Shown here piece after piece: positions 10,366 to 17,777 of a stretch of 64,000 nucleotides of DNA. The stretch spans positions 14,184-78,183 of the forward strand of contig JAEYPH010000062.1 of NCBI GenBank assembly GCA_023410875.1, in the 5' to 3' direction. The notes beneath the pieces were generated by a model that was not told the DNA's origin, ran no database searches, and saw only the letters and a list, made by a program, of their open reading frames with translations. Position 1 is the stretch's first letter. Every line of letters begins with the position of its first letter. A program made the translations under genes and the position numbers. Source of the stretch: Bacillota bacterium (GTDB lineage: Bacteria > Bacillota > Clostridia > Christensenellales > UMGS416).

Positions 10366-11151
10366 TCACCTGTGCAGGTCTGCCTCCCGTTCGAGGACAC
10401 CCTCCCAATCGTCTTTCACCTTCTGATAGCCCATCTCATTCATGAACACAAACATGGCATCCAACAGCCTTAGTTGATCCTCCGCATTAGCATCTTTCGC
10501 GATGCGTTCCATAATGATTAGCAGTTCGCCATCGGGCAGCGGCTTTCTAATCAGCATGTGGAGCAGGTATGGCGCCCGATTGAGGAATGGCGCAACAAAT
10601 CCGTTGGCTGCCCACAAGGTTTCCACAAGGAATTCCATAGACCGTGCGGCCATTTGATACATGCCGAAGGTAAATCCGTGCCTGCGGCACTTGAGGGAGC
10701 GAAATACACCGTCATAATAGCTGTCCAGCTTTGCGGATATGATGCCGCCCAGTTCACACTGCGGGTAGCGAATTATTTCCCTCACGATATGCTCAAGCCT
10801 ACCATGGTCATCCAGCACATACATTGCATGCAGCAATTCGCGCACATCCGGGCCGCCGCGTGCATAGGCTTCAAGCTCAGATTCGGACGTTGCCCAGCAA
10901 TCCACATGTCGGCGCAGCTTGATGTGGGGCTCACGGTATTCCGGATGCCTTTTGAGCGCTTCATCGGTGAACACGACTTGTATGTCGTAGTCCGATGTTT
11001 CGTCGTCCATGCCTGCCGATATGGAACCAAGCAACATCGCTCCAACAAGCCCATCAAAGCCGTAGAGTTGCTTTGTCAACTCCCGGCGAATATATTCGAG
11101 TTCAGTCAAAATAGGATAGCCTCCCTCAATCAATGGGGATATGTGCCTCAA
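10366..11151 (-). CDS. nucleotidyltransferase-domain protein (KNTase/aminoglycoside-NTase-like fold)
   Basis: 261 aa. Minimal NTase motif LLGSISAGMDDETSDYDIQVVF (GS...D.D) plus a helical C-terminal domain. Substrate not inferable. Confidence 0.5.
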   Translation of the reverse strand: MRHISPLIEGGYPILTELEYIRRELTKQLYGFDGLVGAMLLGSISAGMDDETSDYDIQVVFTDEALKRHPEYREPHIKLRRHVDCWATSESELEAYARGGPDVRELLHAMYVLDDHGRLEHIVREIIRYPQCELGGIISAKLDSYYDGVFRSLKCRRHGFTFGMYQMAARSMEFLVETLWAANGFVAPFLNRAPYLLHMLIRKPLPDGELLIIMERIAKDANAEDQLRLLDAMFVFMNEMGYQKVKDDWEGVLEREADLHR

Positions 11152-11157
11152 ACAGTA

Positions 11158-12543
11158 TCAGCCCTTATTAACCCACACCGCAACCGCCGGCAAAACAAGC
11201 TTATTCCGCTCATACAAAGCGGGAATCTCTCTTTCCTGCAGCGGCGCATCCTGGCAGCCGACCTCCACGGTCACAGAAGGGATGCCCCCATGGGCCATCG
11301 CCCAGTCCTTGAACCCGCCGGCCTCCAGCTCATCATCCTTTGTCGGCGCATATCCGGTTACATCCTGAATGGCCCGAGCAAGGTCATAAGATTGCTTCAC
11401 GACACTTACATCGTCGCCGTAGTCATAGTACAGCATGGAGCCCGTAGCGTGGTAGCTGACCGTCGCCGCGAAGGAATGCTTTTGTGCGTATTGCGCCAAG
11501 GCCCGGCTCTCGCTCTGATCCACCGGCGCGGCCCCTTTGTAGCGCTCGGACGAGGGCTGATCCCGTATGTCCAGCTCGTCCCACGAAGCATCGAAGTTCC
11601 TATTCAGGTCTACGCCCCGCGCGTTGGCCTTCCATAGAGCTGCATACTCATCGGGGCTGCTTTTCGTGTACCTATTGGCCTTGTCACTCTCGTATATCGC
11701 CATCTGCTGTTCCGACAGCACACGCTGCTGGCTGATCTTGACGCCGTCGGGGTTGCTCATGGGTATGATGTGGAAGCTCACGTCCTCCAGCGCCTCTTTG
11801 ATCGAGCCGCCCATGAAGTCGCGGCTGCCGGATGCAAGCATGTACTCCGCCTGGGCCATGACCAACCAGACGGTCGCGTGTTCCCGCCCATGCATGGCCC
11901 CCTGCACGAGCACCTGATGCTTGGCGTCCGGGTTCCCGACGATCATGACCGGGATATCCGCGCCCTCCTCGCTACGGCCTATGCTGCCCAGCGTCACCTT
12001 GGAGGGATACTTCTTCTTGAGCTTCTCCATGTCGTCCAGCATTTGTTCGTAGCTGTAGTTCTCCACCGGGCGCACGATGCGCAGCTCGCTCTCGAACCCG
12101 CCGGACGCGGGCTTCACATAGCTCGAGAGGATATAGCCTTCCAGTGAGCCGTATTTGACCTTTGCAAACACCCCTATGAACCCGAGGACTTCCACGGATT
12201 CTCCCTTGAGCACCTTGCGGATGGACTTGGCTCCATAGTCCGGCGCTTCGCGCAGGGATACGGATTCATCACAGTTGGCCAACCACTCCGCTGCGCCGGC
12301 GTTGGGGGCAAGAACATTGGTGGGCGTAGGCTCAAACCGGCTATGGGCGGTTGCGCCGGCGGTGTTCATCGGCTGGCCCTCCTGGCGCTTGCCGGCTGTG
12401 ACGTCGGGATCGGCAGGCATTCCCCAGGCGGCGGGCGGCTCGAAGTGAGCCATCTGGCCCAGAAAGACGCCTATACCCGAACAGGCGCTCAAAAGCAGGA
12501 CGCACAGCGCCGGCAGCAAGATTGTGATTTTATTGTATTTCAT
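11158..12543 (-). CDS. M14-family metallocarboxypeptidase lipoprotein with SH3-like domain
   Basis: Lipobox LLLSAC. An SH3b-like segment (SVSLREAPDYGAKSIRKVLKGESVEVL). M14 zinc motif HGREHAT. Start set at MKYNK (12543) instead of 12594; the RBS is weak, so the start is uncertain. Confidence 0.7.
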   Translation of the reverse strand: MKYNKITILLPALCVLLLSACSGIGVFLGQMAHFEPPAAWGMPADPDVTAGKRQEGQPMNTAGATAHSRFEPTPTNVLAPNAGAAEWLANCDESVSLREAPDYGAKSIRKVLKGESVEVLGFIGVFAKVKYGSLEGYILSSYVKPASGGFESELRIVRPVENYSYEQMLDDMEKLKKKYPSKVTLGSIGRSEEGADIPVMIVGNPDAKHQVLVQGAMHGREHATVWLVMAQAEYMLASGSRDFMGGSIKEALEDVSFHIIPMSNPDGVKISQQRVLSEQQMAIYESDKANRYTKSSPDEYAALWKANARGVDLNRNFDASWDELDIRDQPSSERYKGAAPVDQSESRALAQYAQKHSFAATVSYHATGSMLYYDYGDDVSVVKQSYDLARAIQDVTGYAPTKDDELEAGGFKDWAMAHGGIPSVTVEVGCQDAPLQEREIPALYERNKLVLPAVAVWVNKG

Positions 12544-12681
12544 GGTTTCGTTCGCTAAGCTCCGTTTTTCTTTTGTTGCGGCGATGCGGCACAAAGCGCG
12601 GCAATCTCCGGTTGTGCGACAACTCTTAGACTCGCGAACCCGGAGAAACGTTCCACGCGCGCTTGCCTCAGTCCAGAGCTT

Positions 12682-12987
12682 TCAGCCCCTCATCAGCGCA
12701 ACCCGGTAGGGGAACAGTTCCGCGCTCATGATCCCCTCGGCCACCGCCGGGTCATCGCCCATGATCGCCAGAGCTTGCTCCTCCGATTCGGCCTCCAGTA
12801 TCACGATGCCGAATGTCTTTTCATCCTGCCCCGCAGTTTTTCCAGCCAGTATCAGGCGCTCCCCCGCCAGCAGCGCCTGCAGATGGGCGAAGTGCCTGCC
12901 GACGATTTGATTCTCCCGCTCTGTCCAGTTCTCTTCCTTCCATAACGGCGGTATCAACTTCAACATGTATAGAAATTGCTTTGCCAT
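12682..12987 (-). CDS. YciI family protein
   Basis: 101 aa from MAKQFLYMLKL... The pattern ..GRHFAHLQALLAGERLILAGKT..FGIVILEA.SEEQA..IM..DPAV is typical of YciI-like proteins. Start trimmed from the ORF-track start at 13056. Confidence 0.65.
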   Translation of the reverse strand: MAKQFLYMLKLIPPLWKEENWTERENQIVGRHFAHLQALLAGERLILAGKTAGQDEKTFGIVILEAESEEQALAIMGDDPAVAEGIMSAELFPYRVALMRG

Positions 12988-13136
12988 CGTATGTATCCTT
13001 TCATTGGCATGGGACCATGGTATCACCGTATCATGGCGCTGCCAAGCGTTCGGCACGCGATTCTGATGGGTCGCTCAGTCTATGGTATAATGCGCCGGTG
13101 AAGCCGTTTCGTCTAGGACGGAAAAAGGAGGAATCC

Positions 13137-13568
13137 ATGGATCGCGTCAAGTTTCCCGTAGCCGTGCATCTCTTTCTAGTGCGTGGGCAGCAGGTTCTGC
13201 TGCTCAGGCGATACAACACCGGCTATGAGGACGGCAATTTCAGCGTGGTCGCCGGCCATCTGGATGGCGCAGAGGACGTCTACACCGCCATGATCCGCGA
13301 GGCCAGGGAGGAGGCGGGTATCGATATCGACGTGCGGGATCTGGAGATCGTGCAGGTCATGCACCGGAAAAAGGCCGATGAGGAACGCATCGACTATTTC
13401 CTGCGCTGTGAGCGCTGGAGCGGTGAAATCCGCAACATGGAACCCCACAAGTGCGATCTGCTGGTGTGGCACCGGCTGGAAAGCCTGCCGGACAACACGA
13501 TCGATTACATCCGCGAGGCCATCCAAAACTACAGAAGTAAAGTGAATTTTTCTGTTTTCGGCTGGTGA
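13137..13568 (+). CDS. NUDIX hydrolase
   Basis: Nudix box GHLDGAEDVYTAMIREAREEAGI. AAAGGAGG RBS precedes ATG 13137. The upstream part of ORF 12813-13568 is antisense shadow. Confidence 0.85.
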   Translation: MDRVKFPVAVHLFLVRGQQVLLLRRYNTGYEDGNFSVVAGHLDGAEDVYTAMIREAREEAGIDIDVRDLEIVQVMHRKKADEERIDYFLRCERWSGEIRNMEPHKCDLLVWHRLESLPDNTIDYIREAIQNYRSKVNFSVFGW

Positions 13569-13718
13569 GAGGATGCTCACCCTCCAACTCTTCCCACCGT
13601 CTGGCTTGTCAGGCATCAATTCTACTGTTTCTCCTGTAATAGCACACAAACCTCATTTGTGATTATCCCATTTACCTTGTATTGTATAAGTATCATAAAT
13701 GGAAGGGGAGGCCGACAA

Positions 13719-13967
13719 TTGGATAAAAGAGGAGTTGGAGCACTGTTTTGTCTGACGGCAGGCATACTGTTTTCCGCCAGATATTTGACCGCCGCCGTGT
13801 TTATGTCGGGTGTTTCATCGTGGGGCGGAGATTTGTTTGCCGCTGGACTGGAGTATGTAGGCGCACCCTTGCTCACCCTTAGCATCGTCAGTCTTTTGGT
13901 CGGCGTTTGCTACTTGGTGTGGGCTGAGCTTTCTGACAAAGAGAACAGACGCAATAAAATTGAATAA
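13719..13967 (+). CDS. small hydrophobic protein, hypothetical
   Basis: 82 aa if TTG 13719 is used (GGAAGGGGAGG lies 7 nt upstream). Two to three predicted TM segments. No recognisable family. Confidence 0.3.
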   Translation: MDKRGVGALFCLTAGILFSARYLTAAVFMSGVSSWGGDLFAAGLEYVGAPLLTLSIVSLLVGVCYLVWAELSDKENRRNKIE

Positions 13968-14111
13968 GTATAATCTGTAAGTGGCTACCAACATTTATTG
14001 ATGGCTATTTTGGGCTTATCGCCCGGCGATAATGCGGGCGATAAGCCAGGAGCTATAACAAGTCGTCTGAATCGCAGATGATGCTACAGCATCATCTGCG
14101 AAAATGTGGTA

Positions 14112-14867
14112 TTACTTGCAATAGATTGCCACCGCGTCCCTTAAGAATTCCGCGCACCCCGGCGCGATCTTGTCATAGTATTCGGTGAAGCGGGGATCGT
14201 CCACATACATCTGCGTGACACCCAGATGGGCCTCGCGGCTGTAGCTATCCCAAAAGAAGCACAGCCACCGCTTGTGCAGCTCGCAGGCCTTTTGCGCCAG
14301 CTCGCTGGCCGGGTCGCCCTGGGCGAAGGCAGCCTTGAGCGTGTCGTTAAGCTCCTGGGTGAGGGCCTCCATACGGGCATATTGCTCGCGGGTCATGCCC
14401 ATAACCTTGGCATTGGACTTGTTCACGGCGTCGTCGCCGAACTTGGTGCGCGCCTCGGCCCCAAACTGCCTTTCGTTCTCGTCGATCGTTTCTTGCTTAA
14501 AGCACTCGAACTTTTCCTTGTCACTCATATCAATTTCTCCTTTCATGTCTTGCAGTGTGCGCTCCAACGTGCCCAGTAGCCGCTGCAGCCGCTGGATGCG
14601 CTGGTTGAGCAGCTCGCGCTGCTGCATGAGCGCCTGCTCGCGGTTAAAGTCGGGGCTATCCAGCAGCGTGGATATTTCCTCCAGCGGGAAATCCAACTCC
14701 CGCAGGAAGAGGATTTGCTGCAGACGCTCCAGCTCCGCCGGCCCGTAGAGCCGATAGCCCGCGTCGGTGCGCCCGCCAGGTCGCAGCAGGCCGATGGCGT
14801 CATAGTGGTGCAGCGCCCGCACGGTGACGCCGGAGAGTTTTGCCAGCTGCTGTACGGTGTAGGTCAT
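14112..14867 (-). CDS. MerR family transcriptional regulator, TipAL/Mta class
   Basis: N-terminal MTYTVQQLAKLSGVTVRALHHYDAIGLLRP..AGYRLYG MerR HTH, a coiled coil, and a C-terminal TipAS-like domain. AAGGAGG RBS precedes ATG 14867. Confidence 0.85.
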   Translation of the reverse strand: MTYTVQQLAKLSGVTVRALHHYDAIGLLRPGGRTDAGYRLYGPAELERLQQILFLRELDFPLEEISTLLDSPDFNREQALMQQRELLNQRIQRLQRLLGTLERTLQDMKGEIDMSDKEKFECFKQETIDENERQFGAEARTKFGDDAVNKSNAKVMGMTREQYARMEALTQELNDTLKAAFAQGDPASELAQKACELHKRWLCFFWDSYSREAHLGVTQMYVDDPRFTEYYDKIAPGCAEFLRDAVAIYCK

Positions 14868-14892
14868 TGGGAGGCCTCCTTTTGACAACGCC

Positions 14893-14923
14893 AGTGTAAA
14901 CCATCACGCTGCGTCAGGGTCAA
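14893..14923 (-). promoter_or_regulatory. MerR-type promoter with 19-bp spacer and internal dyad
   Basis: Minus strand reads TTGACC, then ctgacgcagcgtgatggtt (19 nt), then TACACT. The spacer contains the imperfect dyad TgACGC-A-GCGTgA. The over-long spacer is the hallmark of MerR-regulated promoters. Confidence 0.5.
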
Positions 14924-14958
14924 GCATTTTCTATAAAGTTTTTTGTCGGTTGTTCGGA

Positions 14959-14987
14959 TTGATGCATGGCGGGGGATGCTGTATGAT
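14959..14987 (+). promoter_or_regulatory. putative promoter of the ATP-grasp pair
   Basis: TTGATG, a 17-nt spacer, then TATGAT, divergent from the merR promoter. This places the transcription start downstream of the ORF-track start 14950 and favours ATG 15028. Confidence 0.35.
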
Positions 14988-15027
14988 GGAAGGAACAAAC
15001 CGCGATTTCATCGCCATCGGGAGCGCA

Positions 15028-15915
15028 ATGAGTTCACTGACCACCTGGTTGATATACAACGGTTCCCTGCAGACGCCCAAGTTCGCCGAGCTCGTGCAGT
15101 GGCTGTGCCGCAGCCTGCAAGACCATGATGTGCACCCCGAGGCCCTGAGCAACACGCAGGTGGCCGCGGTCATCGACGGCGGCAGCATCGCCCTGCGGGC
15201 GGAGTTGCCGGATTTCGTACTGTTCTGGGACAAGGACATCCGCCTGGCGCTGCAACTGGAGGCGCTGGGCCTGCGGCTTTTTAACCGGTCACAGGCCGTG
15301 GCCACGTGCGACGACAAGGCGCTCACGCACATCGCTTTGAGCAACCGCGGCATCGCGATGCCCCGCACGCTGGTGGCGCCGCTGGTGTTCCCGGGGCACA
15401 GCGAGCATGACGGGCGCTTTGTGCAGCGGGCCATGGATGAGCTGGGTTTCCCGATGGTCGTCAAGGAGTGCTTCGGCTCCTTTGGCGCGCAGGTGTATTT
15501 GGTGCACAATGAGAAGGAACTCGATGACTTGCATCGCCGGTTGATGCATACGCCCCATCTGGCGCAGGAATTCATCGCCTCGAGCTGCGGGCGGGACGTG
15601 CGCTTGCAGGTTGTGGGTGACCGTGTGGTGGCCTCGGTGCTGCGTGTGAGCGACCACGATTTCCGCGCCAACGCCAGCAACGGCGGCGCGATGCACCCCT
15701 TCGACGCGCCGCGGGAGTTCGTGGACATGGCGGTGCGCTGCTGCGACATCCTGGGTGCGGACTTCGCCGGCGTGGATTTGCTCTTTGGGCCGGAGGATCA
15801 ACCGCTGCTGTGCGAGGTCAATTCCAACGCCCATTTCAAGAACCTGTACCACTGCACCGGCGTGGACGTGGCGGACGCCATGGCCCGCCACATGCGAGAG
15901 GTGATGTTGCGATGA
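15028..15915 (+). CDS. RimK-family ATP-grasp ligase (alpha-L-glutamate-ligase-like), paralog 1
   Basis: ATP-grasp core PMVVKECFGSFGAQVYLV, EFI....GRDVRLQVVGDRVV, RimK-like DFRANASNGGAM, and GADFAGVDLLF...LLCEVNSNAHF. Start uncertain (15028 preferred; the ORF is open from 14950). Confidence 0.75.
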   Translation: MSSLTTWLIYNGSLQTPKFAELVQWLCRSLQDHDVHPEALSNTQVAAVIDGGSIALRAELPDFVLFWDKDIRLALQLEALGLRLFNRSQAVATCDDKALTHIALSNRGIAMPRTLVAPLVFPGHSEHDGRFVQRAMDELGFPMVVKECFGSFGAQVYLVHNEKELDDLHRRLMHTPHLAQEFIASSCGRDVRLQVVGDRVVASVLRVSDHDFRANASNGGAMHPFDAPREFVDMAVRCCDILGADFAGVDLLFGPEDQPLLCEVNSNAHFKNLYHCTGVDVADAMARHMREVMLR

Positions 15916-16730
15916 AGCGCGGCTGGCTGCTGTATGCCCGCGCGGAATACCTGCGCAACCGTCCTTTTGCGGATTTGTTCGTGCACATGGGCGGCTCATA
16001 CGGGCTGGATGTCGCCCTCAAGCTCAGCGAAGAGCTGACGCTGCCGCTGGGCGATTGGGCACAACCGGAGTTTGTCATCAACCGCACCCGCGACGCGGGG
16101 TTGGCGGCGCTGCTGCAGGATATGGGCTGCCGCGTGTTCAACCCAGCGGCCACGGCGCTGTGCGGCAACGACAAGGCCCATGCGCTGGCGCTGGCCCGGC
16201 GGCTGGGGCTGCCGGTTCTGCCCTCGGTCCTGTGCGCCAATTCGCCTGAGGCGCTGGTGCGCCACGGCCTGGGCTACCCCGTGGTGGCCAAGGACCCGGC
16301 AGGTCACGGCGGCAGCGCCGTGTTCCTGGCCCGCGATGAGGACGCGCTGCTGGGCTGCGCGCTGCGCATCCCCGGCAACCGGGTGCTGGTGCAGCGGTTG
16401 AGCGACGAGCCCGGTGTGGATGTGCGCTTTTATGTGATCGGCGGCGAGGTGCTCCAGTCCGTGCGCCGCAGCAGCCGCACGGATTTTCGCGCCAATGTCT
16501 CTTTGGGCGGCACGGCGGAACTCTACGAGCCAATGGCGCAAGAACTTGCCATGGTACGCCGGATGTGCGGGGCACTAACGCTGGATTATGCCGGTGTGGA
16601 CTTCATCCGCCACGGCGGCGCTTTGTGCTTCAACGAGCTGGAGGACATGGTGGGCAGCCGTGCGCTGTTTCAGCTGGGCCACAACCCCGTACCCGATTTC
16701 CTGGCCCATATTCAGCGCGTTTTGGCGTAG
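15912..16730 (+). CDS. RimK-family ATP-grasp ligase, paralog 2
   Basis: YPVVAKDPAGHGGSAVFLA, VLVQRL....GVDVRFYVIGGEVL, DFRANVSLGGTA, and LDYAGVDFI....CFNELEDMVG. Start overlaps the paralog-1 stop (ATGA 15912-15915). Confidence 0.75.
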   Translation: MKRGWLLYARAEYLRNRPFADLFVHMGGSYGLDVALKLSEELTLPLGDWAQPEFVINRTRDAGLAALLQDMGCRVFNPAATALCGNDKAHALALARRLGLPVLPSVLCANSPEALVRHGLGYPVVAKDPAGHGGSAVFLARDEDALLGCALRIPGNRVLVQRLSDEPGVDVRFYVIGGEVLQSVRRSSRTDFRANVSLGGTAELYEPMAQELAMVRRMCGALTLDYAGVDFIRHGGALCFNELEDMVGSRALFQLGHNPVPDFLAHIQRVLA

Positions 16731-16814
16731 AGGAGACAGAATTTTACAACTCGGTCAAGACAGGGCCATATAAACGGGGTATAATAAACCCGTATATGCG
16801 TCCGGGAGGAATCG

Positions 16815-17720
16815 ATGGATATCCACAATGAACAAAAGCTGGCCGTGCTCATAGACGCGGAGAACGTTTCCTATGGCTGGGTGAAGCCCATCATGGCGGA
16901 GATCGCCCGCTATGGCAACCCGACCATCAAGCGCATCTACACCGACTGGACGCAGCCCGCCGCCGGCGGCTGGAAGAATGTGCTGCTGGAATACGCGATC
17001 ACGCCGATCCAGCAATACCGATACACGTCCGGCAAGAATTCCTCGGATTCAGCGATGATCATCGACGCCATGGATCTTCTCTATTCCCAGAAGGTGGACG
17101 GCTTCGTGATCGTCAGCTCCGACAGCGATTTTACGCGGCTGGCCCAGCGCCTGCGCGAGGCCGGCATGCGCGTCATAGGCATAGGCGCCAAAAAGACCCC
17201 CGTGCCCTTCAAGGCCTCCTGCGAGCGCTTCATCTACATAGAGAACCTCAAGGAGGGCAACGGCGAGCCCCCTGTGGCCGTGGTGGCCCCGGCGGCGCCG
17301 GCGGCCGCGCCGGCCAGCGCTTCTGTTGCGGCCAACCAGCAGGCCCACCCGCCCAAGAGCGGCAACGGCAAGGCCGCGCAGAACGCCCAGGCAGTGCAGG
17401 CCGCCCAGGCCGCTGCGGCGGCTGCAGCCGCCATCGTGGCCGCTGCCACCGCGCCCGACCCGCAAGACGACGAGTCCTTCACGGTGGACAAGCTCACCAA
17501 GATCCTGCAGACGACAATTGCCGACGTGGCCGAGGAATCCGGGTGGGCATCGCTATCCGACGTGGGCAGCCTGCTGGCCAAAAAGATGCCCGACTTCGAC
17601 ACCCGCAACTATGGTCACCGTACGCTTACGCCGCTCATCGAATCGCTAAGCGCCTTCGAGGTGGACAAGCGCCAGACCGGCCGGCCCAATATTTGGCACG
17701 TATACATCAAGAACAAGTAA
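16815..17720 (+). CDS. NYN-domain (LabA-like) protein with C-terminal OST-HTH/LOTUS domain
   Basis: N-terminal KLAVLIDAENVS...GKNSSDSAMIIDAMDLLY..VDGFVIVSSDSDFTRLAQRLREAGMRVIG (NYN). An Ala/Gln-rich low-complexity linker. C-terminal ..LSDVGSLLAKKMPDFDTRNYGHRTLTPLIESL.. (OST-HTH-like). Confidence 0.8.
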   Translation: MDIHNEQKLAVLIDAENVSYGWVKPIMAEIARYGNPTIKRIYTDWTQPAAGGWKNVLLEYAITPIQQYRYTSGKNSSDSAMIIDAMDLLYSQKVDGFVIVSSDSDFTRLAQRLREAGMRVIGIGAKKTPVPFKASCERFIYIENLKEGNGEPPVAVVAPAAPAAAPASASVAANQQAHPPKSGNGKAAQNAQAVQAAQAAAAAAAAIVAAATAPDPQDDESFTVDKLTKILQTTIADVAEESGWASLSDVGSLLAKKMPDFDTRNYGHRTLTPLIESLSAFEVDKRQTGRPNIWHVYIKNK

Positions 17721-17728
17721 CGAATATC

Positions 17729-17762
17729 AGGTACGACGCATTGCGCCGTACCTTTATTTTGC
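17729..17762 (+). terminator. rho-independent terminator
   Basis: AGGTACGaCGCA-TT-GCGCCGTACCT followed by TTATTTT. Confidence 0.55.
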
Positions 17763-17777
17763 TCAAGGGAGTGCAAC

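Noticed and set aside
14013-14101. Two strong perfect hairpins (GGCTTATCGCCCG/CGGGCGATAAGCC and TCGCAGATGATGC/GCATCATCTGCGA) between convergent genes
   Set aside because: Neither has a U-tract in the orientation needed for the flanking genes, so I cannot call them intrinsic terminators. I noted the GGCGATAA direct repeat that allows alternative pairing, but there is no gene context for an attenuator.
15028-16730. Graspetide/microviridin-type RiPP cluster (two ATP-grasp ligases in tandem)
   Set aside because: I looked for a small precursor ORF in 14868-15027 and 16731-16814 and found none. Both ligases carry the RimK-type DFRxN..GG motif, and no GNAT, protease or exporter is directly attached. 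I kept only the generic unknown-acceptor hypothesis.
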